From an uncultured Candidatus Saccharimonas sp. (GTDB lineage Bacteria > Patescibacteriota > Saccharimonadia > Saccharimonadales > AWTP1-31): a stretch of DNA of 64,000 nucleotides. The stretch is from positions 11,674 to 75,673 of the forward strand of contig CALRBE010000006.1 of NCBI GenBank assembly GCA_943354005.1, written 5' to 3'. A program made the translations under genes and the position numbers. The notes beneath the pieces were generated by a model that was given only the letters and a program-made list of their open reading frames with translations, was not told the origin of the DNA and searched no databases. This document shows, piece by piece, positions 35,907 through 45,025 of this stretch (the first letter of the stretch is position 1; the number at the start of each line of letters is the position of its first letter).

Positions 35907-36545
35907 CTAGGGGTTATAAACAGCCTGAGTTACATACTGAATATTAACAACTGCACCAATTGCTGCTGCCGTTGAAGCTAGGACATCACTACCTATCTTA
36001 ACCATTGACTGATCAGCATTATATTTTTCTGTTGAAGCTATAGCATAGCCGCCAATTGCTGCCCATTGTAGTAACGTAGTTATCTTGCCCTCAGCGGAAG
36101 GGTGTAACTCGGTACCACGTTTCTTTGAGAGGGCAGTAGCAGCAGTGTTAATAATATTTTGAGAAAGGAATGAAGCGGAGGCAAGAGAGGGCAGGGTATT
36201 TGTTTTAGACATAACGTAGAGGCCATGCGCCATACTAATCTTATCCACCGTCGCGTCTACGGCTTCACCTAAAGGACTTTTTGTTTTAGTCCGCTCAGCG
36301 ACATAGCCATCTGCAATATCACAAAGACGACCAGAAATTACTTTAGTTATAGCTTTTTTCTTGTCTCCCCTTTTAAAATCTTGGAGGCCTGAGATCGTTA
36401 GGGCTAGTCCTGCAATACTGATTGCATTGGCTGGGGTAATAACACCGTGAGTTTTTTTAGCTACTTTTTGCCAGATATTTTGCATGCTTTCAGGAGTTCG
36501 CTCCCACTGAGGATTATCGTCGGTTCGATGTAGGTTCATAATCAT
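35907..36545 (-). CDS. CDP-alcohol phosphatidyltransferase family membrane protein
   Basis: The motif DIADGYVAERTKTKSPLGEAVDATVDK approximates D(x)2DG(x)2AR(x)7-8G(x)3D(x)3D, and hydrophobic helices are present. I chose ATG 36545 as the start (the track starts at TTG 36563). It lies 37 nt upstream of the PafA-like gene. Confidence 0.7.
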   Translation of the reverse strand: MIMNLHRTDDNPQWERTPESMQNIWQKVAKKTHGVITPANAISIAGLALTISGLQDFKRGDKKKAITKVISGRLCDIADGYVAERTKTKSPLGEAVDATVDKISMAHGLYVMSKTNTLPSLASASFLSQNIINTAATALSKKRGTELHPSAEGKITTLLQWAAIGGYAIASTEKYNADQSMVKIGSDVLASTAAAIGAVVNIQYVTQAVYNP

Positions 36546-36561
36546 ACTGTAATCTAAAAAC

Positions 36562-36592
36562 AAAAAAACTCGAACTAAATATTCGAGTTTTT
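36562..36592 (-). terminator. intrinsic terminator directly after tmRNA 3-prime end
   Basis: The hairpin is ACTCGAA (36568-36574), a 7-nt loop, then TTCGAGT (36582-36588). On the minus strand it is followed by T7. It is symmetric, with an A-run and a T-run. Confidence 0.75.
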
Positions 36593-36593
36593 A

Positions 36594-36998
36594 TGGTGGA
36601 GCTGGCGGGTACTGCCCCCGCGTCCGTCAGTTAACGTACTCAATGACTACAGGCTTAGTTTATCTTATGCTACTTAGGCTACAATCCTAGAGATAAACAA
36701 AACAGAAAGTAGCTGCAACCCTAAAGCTTAGGTAGAAAAGGGGGTAACCAGATCTACAGCAATCAGATAATATGGCGCTTGAAAGACTCTATCTGATGTC
36801 GAGTCAAAAGCGGCAACCAAAGATTAGGCTGCTGTTGCGAATGCTGGTGTTGGGAAAAGCTTTGCAGCTAGTTCCTTGATCAGCGATTCGCGATCAGTTG
36901 TTTTTGCAACTATTTGGTTAATCCGGCTAACGTGCAGATTAATCCGGCCTGCCATTTGAGTTTGTTAAGGTCCAACGTCGAGCTTAAAATTCAGCCCC
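36594..36998 (-). ncRNA. ssrA: tmRNA (ssrA), about 405 nt, one-piece
   Basis: The minus-sense 5-prime end is GGGGCUGAAUUUUAAGCUCGACG. The 3-prime end is GGACGCGGGGGCAGUACCCGCCAGCUCCACCA, identical to E. coli except for the T-loop. The acceptor stem is GGGGCUG/CAGCUCC with G3:U70. The resume context AAAUAGUU-GCA lies at 36907-36905. The tag reading frame runs 36907..36824 and encodes AKTTDRESLIKELAAKLFPTPAFATAA followed by a stop. Confidence 0.9.
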
Positions 36999-37023
36999 AT
37001 GTTTATTGCCTTTCAGCTCGCTA

Positions 37024-37053
37024 ATTATACCACATTTATCATGCTTATGTCTA
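37024..37053 (-). promoter_or_regulatory. sigma70-type promoter for ssrA
   Basis: The minus-sense layout is TAGACA (37053-37048), an 18-nt spacer, then TGG-TATAAT (37029-37024). It lies about 25 nt upstream of the mature 5-prime G at 36998. Confidence 0.5.
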
Positions 37054-37067
37054 TAGTAGCAAATCTA

Positions 37068-37505
37068 CTAAGCAAGGCCCGAATAAGTACTTATTAGTTC
37101 AGCGAAGTTTTTATAGCTTTTATCACCAATCTTTTCAAATACCGACTTATGGAATTCATCAAGAATATTGTTTGCCTCATCAATGATTCTCTCACCCTTT
37201 GTAGTCAGAATAATTACGTGCTCTCTCCTGTTCTGAGGATTTGTACGTACTTCCAATAGTGATTGGTTTGCTAGTATTTTCATTTGACGACTAATACTTG
37301 CCTCAGTTTGACCAAGTTGTGTCGCTATAACTCTTTGCTGAATAGAAGATTGGAGCTGCAAGATATGCATAATGATGTACTGAGACATGCCTATACCTAA
37401 CCGCTCTAATAAAATTTGGTCGGATTGACGAGAAAGAGAGAAGGCAAGGCGATTGAGCAGGTAGCCGGTTGTTTGATAGGGAAGAGAGGTAGTTAGTTCT
37501 GCCAT
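37068..37505 (-). CDS. MarR family transcriptional regulator
   Basis: 145 aa. The winged-HTH region reads MSQYIIMHILQL..QRVIATQLGQTEASISRQMKILANQSLLEVRTNPQNRREHVIILTTKG. Confidence 0.85.
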   Translation of the reverse strand: MAELTTSLPYQTTGYLLNRLAFSLSRQSDQILLERLGIGMSQYIIMHILQLQSSIQQRVIATQLGQTEASISRQMKILANQSLLEVRTNPQNRREHVIILTTKGERIIDEANNILDEFHKSVFEKIGDKSYKNFAELISTYSGLA

Positions 37506-37511
37506 ATACTC

Positions 37512-37540
37512 ATAATATTTTTATATACTTAACATGTCAA
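37512..37540 (-). promoter_or_regulatory. near-consensus sigma70 promoter, leaderless geometry for the MarR gene
   Basis: The minus-sense layout is TTGACA (37540-37535), a 17-nt spacer, TATTAT (37517-37512), gagtat, then ATG(37505). Confidence 0.6.
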
Positions 37541-37557
37541 GTGTTTGTCTTATCCTG

Positions 37558-38340
37558 TTATTTGTAGTACTGCTCGTACAACGCGTGCCATTGAGATAGA
37601 TCGAGCATCTGGGGACGATCGTTAGGATCAATATTAGCCGAAGTAAGAAGATTTTCGGCTTGGTCTTTTGTTATCCCTAGCCCTGCACTGATACTTGATC
37701 GTAATTTTTTTCTTCGCTGGGAGAAACCTGCTCTAACTAAGCTAAAGAATTGCTTCGAGTCGACACCCTTAAATAATGGTGTTTTACGCGTTCGCATAAT
37801 GAGTACTTGTGAATCAACTTTAGGGGGAGGAGTAAACAGTATAGCCGGAACTTCAACGCCAAGACTAACCTCGCAGTAATACTGCACACTGATACTTAAT
37901 AAAGAAGTGTCGCCTGGCTTTGCGGAAACGCGTTGGGCAACCTCTTTTTGAACGAGCAATACAATTAAAGCCGGTGGGTTAGACGATTCGCATAAAGTTC
38001 TTAGTAAGTTACTTGTTAAGTAATATGGGATGTTGGCCACGACCTTATAGCCTTTTGGCATTGTGGTGTAGTCGAATGTTAGGCAGTCCTCATGCTTTAC
38101 TTCAAGGTTATCGCTACGCACTCTAGAAGGTAGTTGTCTGTAAAGATCTTTGTCATATTCTAAAGCTAAAACGCTCTTCACCTGCCTCACGAGCAATGAT
38201 GTCAGCGTCCCGAGCCCTGGCCCAATTTCCAACACTACATCTGTATTATTAAGCTCTGCTGCATAACACATTGCTTGCAAGCTTAATTCGTCATGCAACC
38301 AATGCTGTCCAAGCGACTTCTTTGGAGAATAATCATACAT
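37558..38340 (-). CDS. rsmA: 16S rRNA (adenine1518/1519-N6)-dimethyltransferase
   Basis: It has the motifs KSLGQHWL, a SAM site VLEIGPGLGTLT, and NIPYYLTS. Confidence 0.92.
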   Translation of the reverse strand: MYDYSPKKSLGQHWLHDELSLQAMCYAAELNNTDVVLEIGPGLGTLTSLLVRQVKSVLALEYDKDLYRQLPSRVRSDNLEVKHEDCLTFDYTTMPKGYKVVANIPYYLTSNLLRTLCESSNPPALIVLLVQKEVAQRVSAKPGDTSLLSISVQYYCEVSLGVEVPAILFTPPPKVDSQVLIMRTRKTPLFKGVDSKQFFSLVRAGFSQRRKKLRSSISAGLGITKDQAENLLTSANIDPNDRPQMLDLSQWHALYEQYYK

Positions 38341-38346
38341 CTGTTA

Positions 38347-38355
38347 ATTATACCA
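38347..38355 (-). promoter_or_regulatory. extended -10 (TGGTATAAT) 6 nt upstream of rsmA ATG; leaderless geometry
   Basis: The minus-sense sequence reads TGGTATAAT-taacag-ATG(38340). No SD is present. Confidence 0.5.
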
Positions 38356-38489
38356 GTATATTGAAAAGAGGCTCACCCCTTTTGCCGCCCTGGGAAATGA
38401 ATTACATTTTCCTCTGGGCTATCCTCCTAGATGCGGCCCATTGCACAGCTTGAATTATATACGTTTCATGTATAAACTATCGCACAACT

Positions 38490-38518
38490 CTTGTATGCAT
38501 TAATGTAGCTCTAGTCAA
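38490..38518 (-). promoter_or_regulatory. second promoter-like element in the rsmA upstream spacer
   Basis: The minus-sense layout is TTGACT (38518-38513), a 17-nt spacer, then TACAAG (38495-38490). About 100 nt downstream lies the weak hairpin AAAAGGGG-UGAG-CCUCUUUU (plus-strand coordinates 38364-38383). Confidence 0.3.
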
Positions 38519-38528
38519 AAAAATAGCG

Positions 38529-39437
38529 TTAGCAACCTGCTCCGGCTCCTTCAAATAGTAAGGCTTCTTCCTTGGTGAATAGCGAGCAATCTGGAGGAAG
38601 TTCAGCCCCTCTTCCTTCTCCATTTTGTGCGATATACTTCCATGTTTTAGTGTCAGAGCTTGTAAGATAGACTCTAGGGAAGAAAAAATCTTCACCAACT
38701 TTTTTCGTAGCGTACGTAGCGCCCACGAGTTTACCCCCATCAAGTTGTTCATAGAAAGACACTTGAAATGGTGCTTCCGTCTTAAAGCCAAGCTTATTCT
38801 CTACAGCTTTAGTGATTGCAGGGACTTGGTCGGCATACGCTTTATATCGACTTACACTGACACAAATAACTCGTCCATAATAAATATTAGCAAATGCAGT
38901 ACACCGAACAGTGTCACTACTGTAGTTGTCTTCACCTCTAGATTTATCGGCAGTTAGTCCATTTGCTTTTAACACATCCGTAATAGATGAAAAAATAAGT
39001 GTAGCATCCTGTTGAGCGAAGTTGTTACATAATTCTGACGGAACACTAGTATCGCTCTTACCGGATGTCGTTTCGCGATAGCCGCAGTTCGACAGAGATG
39101 TTTGCGTAGGATTGAGCTCTGCCAGCCCAGTTCGGATAGATTCAAGAACGGAAGCGCTTGTTTTAGTAGTCTCAGTTGATGGAGTTGTGGTAGTAGACTG
39201 ACTAGAATTTTTAGATTTGTCTTTGTTAGTTAGTAGAATTAATGCGCCAACAATGGCTATCAGAAATAAAAATACCACAATTCCTATAATTATTATTTTT
39301 TTAGATCCAGAAGATTTTGGCATACCGGAAGCAGGAGATGTTAACAAGGTAGTAGCCGGTGTTTCCGTAGTTCGAGTAGGCGATGGAGTATTTGGAATAG
39401 TTGTTTCGGGCGGTGTATTTTTTTGATCTGGAGACAT
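38529..39437 (-). CDS. hypothetical membrane-anchored extracytoplasmic protein (PT-rich N-terminus, TM, Cys-containing globular domain)
   Basis: I trimmed the start to ATG 39437 (AAAGG SD 8 nt upstream). The TM is IIIIGIVVFLFLIAIVGALILL. I recognise no family. Confidence 0.6.
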   Translation of the reverse strand: MSPDQKNTPPETTIPNTPSPTRTTETPATTLLTSPASGMPKSSGSKKIIIIGIVVFLFLIAIVGALILLTNKDKSKNSSQSTTTTPSTETTKTSASVLESIRTGLAELNPTQTSLSNCGYRETTSGKSDTSVPSELCNNFAQQDATLIFSSITDVLKANGLTADKSRGEDNYSSDTVRCTAFANIYYGRVICVSVSRYKAYADQVPAITKAVENKLGFKTEAPFQVSFYEQLDGGKLVGATYATKKVGEDFFFPRVYLTSSDTKTWKYIAQNGEGRGAELPPDCSLFTKEEALLFEGAGAGC

Positions 39438-39653
39438 TGTTTTACCTTTTATGCTTATGGCTACTATACCATAATCATTTACCAATTCTCTAATATCGGT
39501 ACATTAAGATTTAATTTTGATAGTAGAGCAGCCAGTACGATGCTTACCACGTGCTCAGACTTGAGTTAGTTCTGTAATACAGTGCGAAGCGCAGGAATAT
39601 TTTAATTATCATGTGCTGCGGATTTACTCCCCTATACACAATTCAGTTTGAGT

Positions 39654-39680
39654 GGAGAAAAGTTCCGATACATCGGAACT
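39654..39680 (-). terminator. intrinsic terminator after the G5/DUF348 gene
   Basis: The hairpin is AGTTCCGAT-aca-TCGGAACT (39661-39680). On the minus strand it is followed by TTTTCT. Confidence 0.65.
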
Positions 39681-39732
39681 ATTAGAGAGGAAATCATACC
39701 CTCCTATGAGCAAGTGGGCGAGGCGAACGAGG

Positions 39733-41004
39733 CTACCACCATCGATTTACTACCCAGAAGTTGTAAGCTTGTTGCCAACCGCCAAAGCGTCGTTTTGCAT
39801 AGTCTGTACACCAACGCAATTGCGTCACTGGATTAGTCGCCCAATCTGCTCCGGCACTTGCCATCTTATACCCTGGAGTTGCCTGGCAAAGTCCATACCC
39901 CACTCCTCCAGATGTCGGTGCTCCATGATAAGCTGGACAACCTCCGTATTCGCCTTGCCATTTCGTAGGACACCAGCCTGATTCTTTACTTATAATATAA
40001 TCCACGGCGGCATATTCTGCAGGTGATACTCCTGCTCCGATAAGCCAATCTGCTCTTGTTCCTAGAATAACCGCTTTAGATCCTTTAGCAATTATCTTCT
40101 TGATTGGAATCCTTGATTCAAATTGTTGCAATGGCACTTTTGCGGCAGTTCCGTCTTGAGTAACTTCATAGACAACTACCTTCATGCCTGGCACACCTTC
40201 TTGGACCACCTTAGTCTCGCCAGCAGGTAATAACGGATCGTTACGAGTTTCAGTCTCGAACGGAATAACCTCTTCAATAACTTCAACCCGCTTACCGGTA
40301 TTCGCAACTACAATGTTTAGTTCCGGTGTAAGCTTTGTATCTGGACCGGGGAAAACTTGCTGATCAGTAGTTAGCTTAATATTTTTACTTTCGAGTAAGC
40401 CTTTTACGGTATCCTCACGTGTGCGGACAGGAACTCGTGTTCCATATAGGTTTAGTTGCACTGTAATTGCACGGTCAATAGCAAGATTTTCACCAATAAT
40501 ATCCTGATTGGTAATATCATCGATTGGAGCCTGTACGATTCCATCTTCGGGCTCAAGTTTGATTCCCGCCTTCTCAGCAATTGTTCGTGGATCCTGATAT
40601 GCACTAAGTACTGTAATCTTTCTACCTTTATCTTCAATGGTTACAGGGCGTGCCTTATATACATTAACGCTAAAATTATCTTCCAGAATCTTAGTGTCCA
40701 AAGATGGCTCGATGATATCTTGCTCATTAACTTCAACATTTTGCTTGGCTAGTAAGTCTTTTACTGTTTTTGCGCGAGTCGGAAATGTCTGTTTTTGGTT
40801 ATCAACAGTCAATGAAACGACGTGTAGGTCTTCAGGCTTTACAGTCTGTCCGTTGAATAAGACCAGTCCAATGGAGGTCATGAAAAATAGTGCCAAAAAT
40901 GTAATTACTGGAACTACAAACGGGTGATGCCTTAATCTACGAGGCTCTTTGCTAGCACCGGGGCTTTCAACAGCAGTTCGTGTATTTTTTTTCTTCGTTT
41001 TCAT
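39733..41004 (-). CDS. cell-wall protein: TM, DUF348 repeats, G5 domain, C-terminal lysozyme/transglycosylase-like Cys-Trp-rich domain (RpfB/YabE-like architecture)
   Basis: The TM is VVPVITFLALFFMTSIGLVLF. The DUF348-like repeats include TVKDLLAKQNVEVNEQDII and TVKGLLESKNIKL. The G5 core is ETKVVQEGVPGMKVVVYEV. The C-terminus reads YIISKESGWCPTKW..GYGLCQATPG..WW. Confidence 0.8.
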   Translation of the reverse strand: MKTKKKNTRTAVESPGASKEPRRLRHHPFVVPVITFLALFFMTSIGLVLFNGQTVKPEDLHVVSLTVDNQKQTFPTRAKTVKDLLAKQNVEVNEQDIIEPSLDTKILEDNFSVNVYKARPVTIEDKGRKITVLSAYQDPRTIAEKAGIKLEPEDGIVQAPIDDITNQDIIGENLAIDRAITVQLNLYGTRVPVRTREDTVKGLLESKNIKLTTDQQVFPGPDTKLTPELNIVVANTGKRVEVIEEVIPFETETRNDPLLPAGETKVVQEGVPGMKVVVYEVTQDGTAAKVPLQQFESRIPIKKIIAKGSKAVILGTRADWLIGAGVSPAEYAAVDYIISKESGWCPTKWQGEYGGCPAYHGAPTSGGVGYGLCQATPGYKMASAGADWATNPVTQLRWCTDYAKRRFGGWQQAYNFWVVNRWW

Positions 41005-41068
41005 ATATATAGTTTTGATTCGGCAGAAAAGGTATGTAATCAGTAGAACAACCTGACGTAATCACCGC

Positions 41069-41548
41069 TTATTGTAGCAAATTAGAGGTGTTAGAGAAAG
41101 CTTCGACAACCGGCATGACCGTAGTGCTAAGCTTAACTTTATCCAATTCGTCACGACTTACCCATTTGTAGGCAAGTATTTCTGGTCGCTGCAGATAGAT
41201 TCGTGGCTTATCTGTGAGATGAATATAGAAGCAGTGGTTGTGGCTTGTAATACCCCTCCCTTTGAGTTTCTTCATGCCTATAAAGTTGCAGCGATTTGGC
41301 GCGATCTTAATTCCCGTTTCTTCCATGAGCTCTCTCATTGCTCCCTCGGCAGGATTCTCGCCTCTTCGTAATCCTCCGCCTGGAAGACTCCAGTCCCCTG
41401 CTCCAAGCCAATCTTGAGTGATTAGTAATTTTTTGTCATGGATAATTATAACTCTGGTTCGGGGTGGAGTAATACGAACGATAAACCAGATACCTGGCCA
41501 AGTGACCCAAAAACTGATTCTTCCTAAAACCATCCATATTTTTTTCAT
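41069..41548 (-). CDS. NUDIX hydrolase with N-terminal hydrophobic segment
   Basis: The Nudix box is GGGLRRGENPAEGAMRELMEETGI. An ATGA overlap links it to pcrA. Confidence 0.85.
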   Translation of the reverse strand: MKKIWMVLGRISFWVTWPGIWFIVRITPPRTRVIIIHDKKLLITQDWLGAGDWSLPGGGLRRGENPAEGAMRELMEETGIKIAPNRCNFIGMKKLKGRGITSHNHCFYIHLTDKPRIYLQRPEILAYKWVSRDELDKVKLSTTVMPVVEAFSNTSNLLQ

Positions 41549-43722
41549 ATTTTATCCAGCGGTGCAAAAGCAACATTTAGTTTCTTAGATCCTCTACCCT
41601 TAAAGTATACACTTGCGACTGATCCTTCAAGCTCCATTATTTGTCCATCGCCAAATACGCTATGACGTACCATATCGCCAACTTCATAATCCTGTACATA
41701 GTGCGGCTCGTCGTCCGCTGTCTTATTAAAAGCGTCGGGTGAAGGCGGGTTAGACCCAAACTGAGCATTTGTATCCACGTAACTTAGCTGACTTTGCTCT
41801 AAGGCATCTCCACCAATTTCAGATAAAAACCTACTAGGCGCATTATGATGGATTCCACCATAGAGCACGCGGCTGCTAGCATAATACAAATAAAGTTCCT
41901 GGCGGGCTCGCGTCATACCGACGTAACATAATCTACGTTCTTCTTCCATTTCGGATTGGTCGTATAAAGCTCTTGAATGTGGAAATATTGTTTCTTCCAT
42001 GCCGATCATGCAGACTACTGGGAACTCCAGACCTTTGGCTGCATGCAATGTCATGAGTGTAATTGCATTGTTACCAAATTCAACATTATCTAAATCACTT
42101 ACTAAAGCTACTTCTTCTAAGAAACCCTCTAAACCAACTTCTTGGTATTCCTGGGCGACACTCTGCAGCTCACGTACGTTTTCCTGCCGAGATTCACCTT
42201 GAGCAGTACCATCGTTAAGAAAGTGTATGTAATCTATAGATCGAACAAGTGCTTCAATAAGTTCGCTAACTGATATTTCGGAATTAATTGACCGGAGCGT
42301 AGCTAGCTGATCGCCAAGTTCACTAAGACTCTTGCGAGCACGTGGAGTAATATTAAGACACTCCGCTACCCTGCCAAGCGCCTGGCTTAGAACAAGTTGT
42401 TCCTGATCTATCCAGGCAAAGAATCCTTGTAAAGATTTTGCTCCAACTCCCCTTGTAGGAACGTTAACGATTCGTTCAAAACTTATCCTATCATCAGCCT
42501 GGAAAATAAGTCTTAAATAGGCCATCAGGTCTTTTATTTCTTTTCGATCGTAGAATCTTTGACCTCCAACTATTTTATATGGAATTCCGTAATGAATACA
42601 TGCTTCTTCAATTGAGCGGCTTTGGGCATTAGTTCTATAAAGCACAGCGTAGTCTTTATATGAGCGTTGGGAAGCGTCAACATGATTACGTACCAAACGA
42701 ACAATTGCTTCACCTTCTGCACGTTCACTAGATACTTGTGTTATACGTACCGGAGAGCCACCTTCAACTGCAGTCCATAGCTCTTTATGGCTACGCTGGT
42801 CATTCTTAGTAATAATGGCGTGAGCAGCATCTAGAATCGGTTTCGTGCTACGGTAGTTTTGTTCTAGCTTTACGACCGTGCAGTCTTTAAAGTCTTTTTC
42901 AAACTTAAGAATATTTTTAAAATCTGCACCTCTCCAGCTATATATTGACTGCCAATCGTCGCCAACAACCGCAATATTGTTGTGAGGACCAGTTAATAAT
43001 TTTACGAGTTTATACTGTGCTGTGTTTGTATCTTGGTACTCGTCGATCATCACATATTTAAATTGCTGCTGCCAGCGATCTCGAACATTTGTATGCTTAC
43101 GTAACATGTTAACTGTTTTTGCTATGAGATCATCGAAGTCTAGTCCACCAGCTTCTTTGAGCATTTTTTCATAGAGTGGATAGACCTGTGCAGCTGCATC
43201 TTGCGCCGGACTTGATGCAGAAGTTTTATATTCATTAGGCCCAATCATTTCGTTCTTGGCTGAACTAATAAGACCTCCAATTGTTCGAGCCGGAAAAGTC
43301 TTATCATCTATTTGAAGCTGCTTAATAATTCGCTTTATTGCAGTAGTACGATCTGCTTCATCAAAAATAACAAACGTTCGTGGTACGCCGATGTATTCTC
43401 CATCTTGGCGTAGCAGGCGGACACAAATAGAGTGGAATGTCCCCATGTATGGCATGAAGTGTCGCGGTGCTTCATGTTGAACGCCTGAAGAAAGTAATTT
43501 CCAGACTCTCTCGCGCATTTCCTTGGCGGCCTTATTTGTAAAAGTTACAGCTAGAATTTCAGGCGGGGTAGCTTTGTGTTCCGTAATTATATGTGCGATG
43601 CGGTGTGTTAAAACCATAGTTTTACCACTTCCAGCACCTGCTTGGATTAGGAGTGGTCCCTCGGTTGTTTCAATTGCCCGCTTTTGTTCAGGATTCAGGC
43701 CGGTAAAAAGGTCTTGTTGCAT
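41545..43722 (-). CDS. pcrA: ATP-dependent DNA helicase PcrA/UvrD (SF1A)
   Basis: It has the motifs AGAGSGKT, TFTNKAAKEM, DEYQDTN, NYRS, LHAAKGLEF and VGMTRA. I chose ATG 43722 as the start (the track starts one codon earlier at TTG). Confidence 0.95.
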   Translation of the reverse strand: MQQDLFTGLNPEQKRAIETTEGPLLIQAGAGSGKTMVLTHRIAHIITEHKATPPEILAVTFTNKAAKEMRERVWKLLSSGVQHEAPRHFMPYMGTFHSICVRLLRQDGEYIGVPRTFVIFDEADRTTAIKRIIKQLQIDDKTFPARTIGGLISSAKNEMIGPNEYKTSASSPAQDAAAQVYPLYEKMLKEAGGLDFDDLIAKTVNMLRKHTNVRDRWQQQFKYVMIDEYQDTNTAQYKLVKLLTGPHNNIAVVGDDWQSIYSWRGADFKNILKFEKDFKDCTVVKLEQNYRSTKPILDAAHAIITKNDQRSHKELWTAVEGGSPVRITQVSSERAEGEAIVRLVRNHVDASQRSYKDYAVLYRTNAQSRSIEEACIHYGIPYKIVGGQRFYDRKEIKDLMAYLRLIFQADDRISFERIVNVPTRGVGAKSLQGFFAWIDQEQLVLSQALGRVAECLNITPRARKSLSELGDQLATLRSINSEISVSELIEALVRSIDYIHFLNDGTAQGESRQENVRELQSVAQEYQEVGLEGFLEEVALVSDLDNVEFGNNAITLMTLHAAKGLEFPVVCMIGMEETIFPHSRALYDQSEMEEERRLCYVGMTRARQELYLYYASSRVLYGGIHHNAPSRFLSEIGGDALEQSQLSYVDTNAQFGSNPPSPDAFNKTADDEPHYVQDYEVGDMVRHSVFGDGQIMELEGSVASVYFKGRGSKKLNVAFAPLDKI

Positions 43723-43728
43723 CAATCA

Positions 43729-43734
43729 ATTATA
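43729..43734 (-). promoter_or_regulatory. -10 box (TATAAT) 6 nt upstream of pcrA ATG; leaderless geometry
   Basis: The minus-sense sequence reads gaTATAAT-tgattg-ATG(43722). Confidence 0.45.
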
Positions 43735-43750
43735 TCAAATAACAGGGTGA

Positions 43751-44152
43751 TTAACGCCATAATGCGCTGGCGCTCCTCACGAACATGATATAAAAAGCAA
43801 TGCTAAGACTTAAGAAGATCAAGAAACCAATGATAATTTTGCGCTTTTTAATAGGTCGTTTGCCTACATGCCCGATATGACCTTCCTCATGTTTGAGCTT
43901 ATGTACAGGTGTACTATCTGATGTATTGGCAGTAGGATTAATTTCTGGAGTCAACAATGATGCAGGAACAGCAGCTACTGGGTTATTCATAGTAGGCTGA
44001 GTGCTAGGAGTGGTAGTCATCATAGGATCTTTTTGTTCAGGCACATTAGTAGTTATGAGAGGACGTGAGCTTGGGTTCGCTGCTGTCGCTCCTGGTCGGG
44101 CGACATCTGAGAATGTCTTAGGTGTTGGTATCGGGGATGGTGTATTTTCCAT
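43751..44152 (-). CDS. hypothetical tail-anchored Pro/Thr-rich protein (133 aa)
   Basis: It has a PT-rich, probably disordered N-terminal 100 aa and a C-terminal TM (IIIGFLIFLSLSIAFYIMFV). Its ATG overlaps the tpiA stop (TAATG). Confidence 0.5.
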   Translation of the reverse strand: MENTPSPIPTPKTFSDVARPGATAANPSSRPLITTNVPEQKDPMMTTTPSTQPTMNNPVAAVPASLLTPEINPTANTSDSTPVHKLKHEEGHIGHVGKRPIKKRKIIIGFLIFLSLSIAFYIMFVRSASALWR

Positions 44153-44958
44153 TATATTTCTCCTGAAATTGCAGTTTGCATTCTGTAAGCAGCGTCGACG
44201 ATACCGGAAAATTCCTGATAATTTAAGCTGGCGCCACCTACTAGAAGACCGTCAACACCTTCTGATTCCATAAGGCCTCGGGCAGTAGATGCACTTGCAC
44301 TTCCGCCGTAAAGAATACGCATTTCCTTAGCAGCAGTTGGGCCGTATAGTTCACTTACATTGTGGCGAATTGCACGTATAGCTTCTGCAATGATGTCAGG
44401 AGTTGGTATTTCATGATGCGAATAATCGGTGCCGTTGCTTAATGCCCATACAGGCTCATAGGCAATGACAACCTTGGAGACATCTCGTGATGCTAAATTA
44501 CTAAGAGCAGTTGTAACCTGGTCATGAATGACTTGCTTAGTTTCACCGTCTTTTCGCTCTTCGGCCGTTTCACCAACACAGAGAATCGGAGAAATATCAT
44601 TACGAATTGCAGCGGCAACCTTATCTCGAATCATTTCAAGAGGTTCGTTAAATTTATGTCGGCGATCTGAATGACCAACAATTACGTAATGGACTAGATC
44701 TTGAAGCATTGAAAATGAAACTTCACCTGTGTAAGCTCCTTCGTCTACAAAATACGCATTTTGCGCACAGAGTCTAAACTTTCGGCGATCAATTTGTAAG
44801 CTGAGAGGCTGCAGAGCTAGCATACTTGGAGCTAATACAAGTTCGATGTCACGACGAATACGGATGCGCTCGTGTAAACGGTGCACTAATATACTGGCCT
44901 GTTGTACATTCAGGTTCATTTTCCAGTTGCCGACGATAAGTAGTCTGTTTTGATTCAT
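44152..44958 (-). CDS. tpiA: triosephosphate isomerase
   Basis: It has the motifs GNWKMN, VGHSDRR, AYEPVWA and YGGS. Confidence 0.93.
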   Translation of the reverse strand: MNQNRLLIVGNWKMNLNVQQASILVHRLHERIRIRRDIELVLAPSMLALQPLSLQIDRRKFRLCAQNAYFVDEGAYTGEVSFSMLQDLVHYVIVGHSDRRHKFNEPLEMIRDKVAAAIRNDISPILCVGETAEERKDGETKQVIHDQVTTALSNLASRDVSKVVIAYEPVWALSNGTDYSHHEIPTPDIIAEAIRAIRHNVSELYGPTAAKEMRILYGGSASASTARGLMESEGVDGLLVGGASLNYQEFSGIVDAAYRMQTAISGEI

Positions 44959-45025
44959 AAATATTGTGCTTATGTTTATATATAGAATTGTATCATGGTT
45001 GGACGCATATAGATCGCGACTATTT

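Noticed and set aside
34092-36998. A genomic island integrated at the tmRNA 3-prime end, covering the CDP-OH transferase, PafA-like and zinc-ribbon genes.
   Set aside because: No integrase is present. I found no second copy of the ssrA 3-prime segment (tggtggagctggcgg) downstream, and there is no evident compositional break.
38477-38791. 104-aa ORF overlapping the 3-prime end of gene 38529..39437.
   Set aside because: It is an out-of-frame overlap with a longer ORF that has a TM and a coherent domain structure. It has no independent signals.
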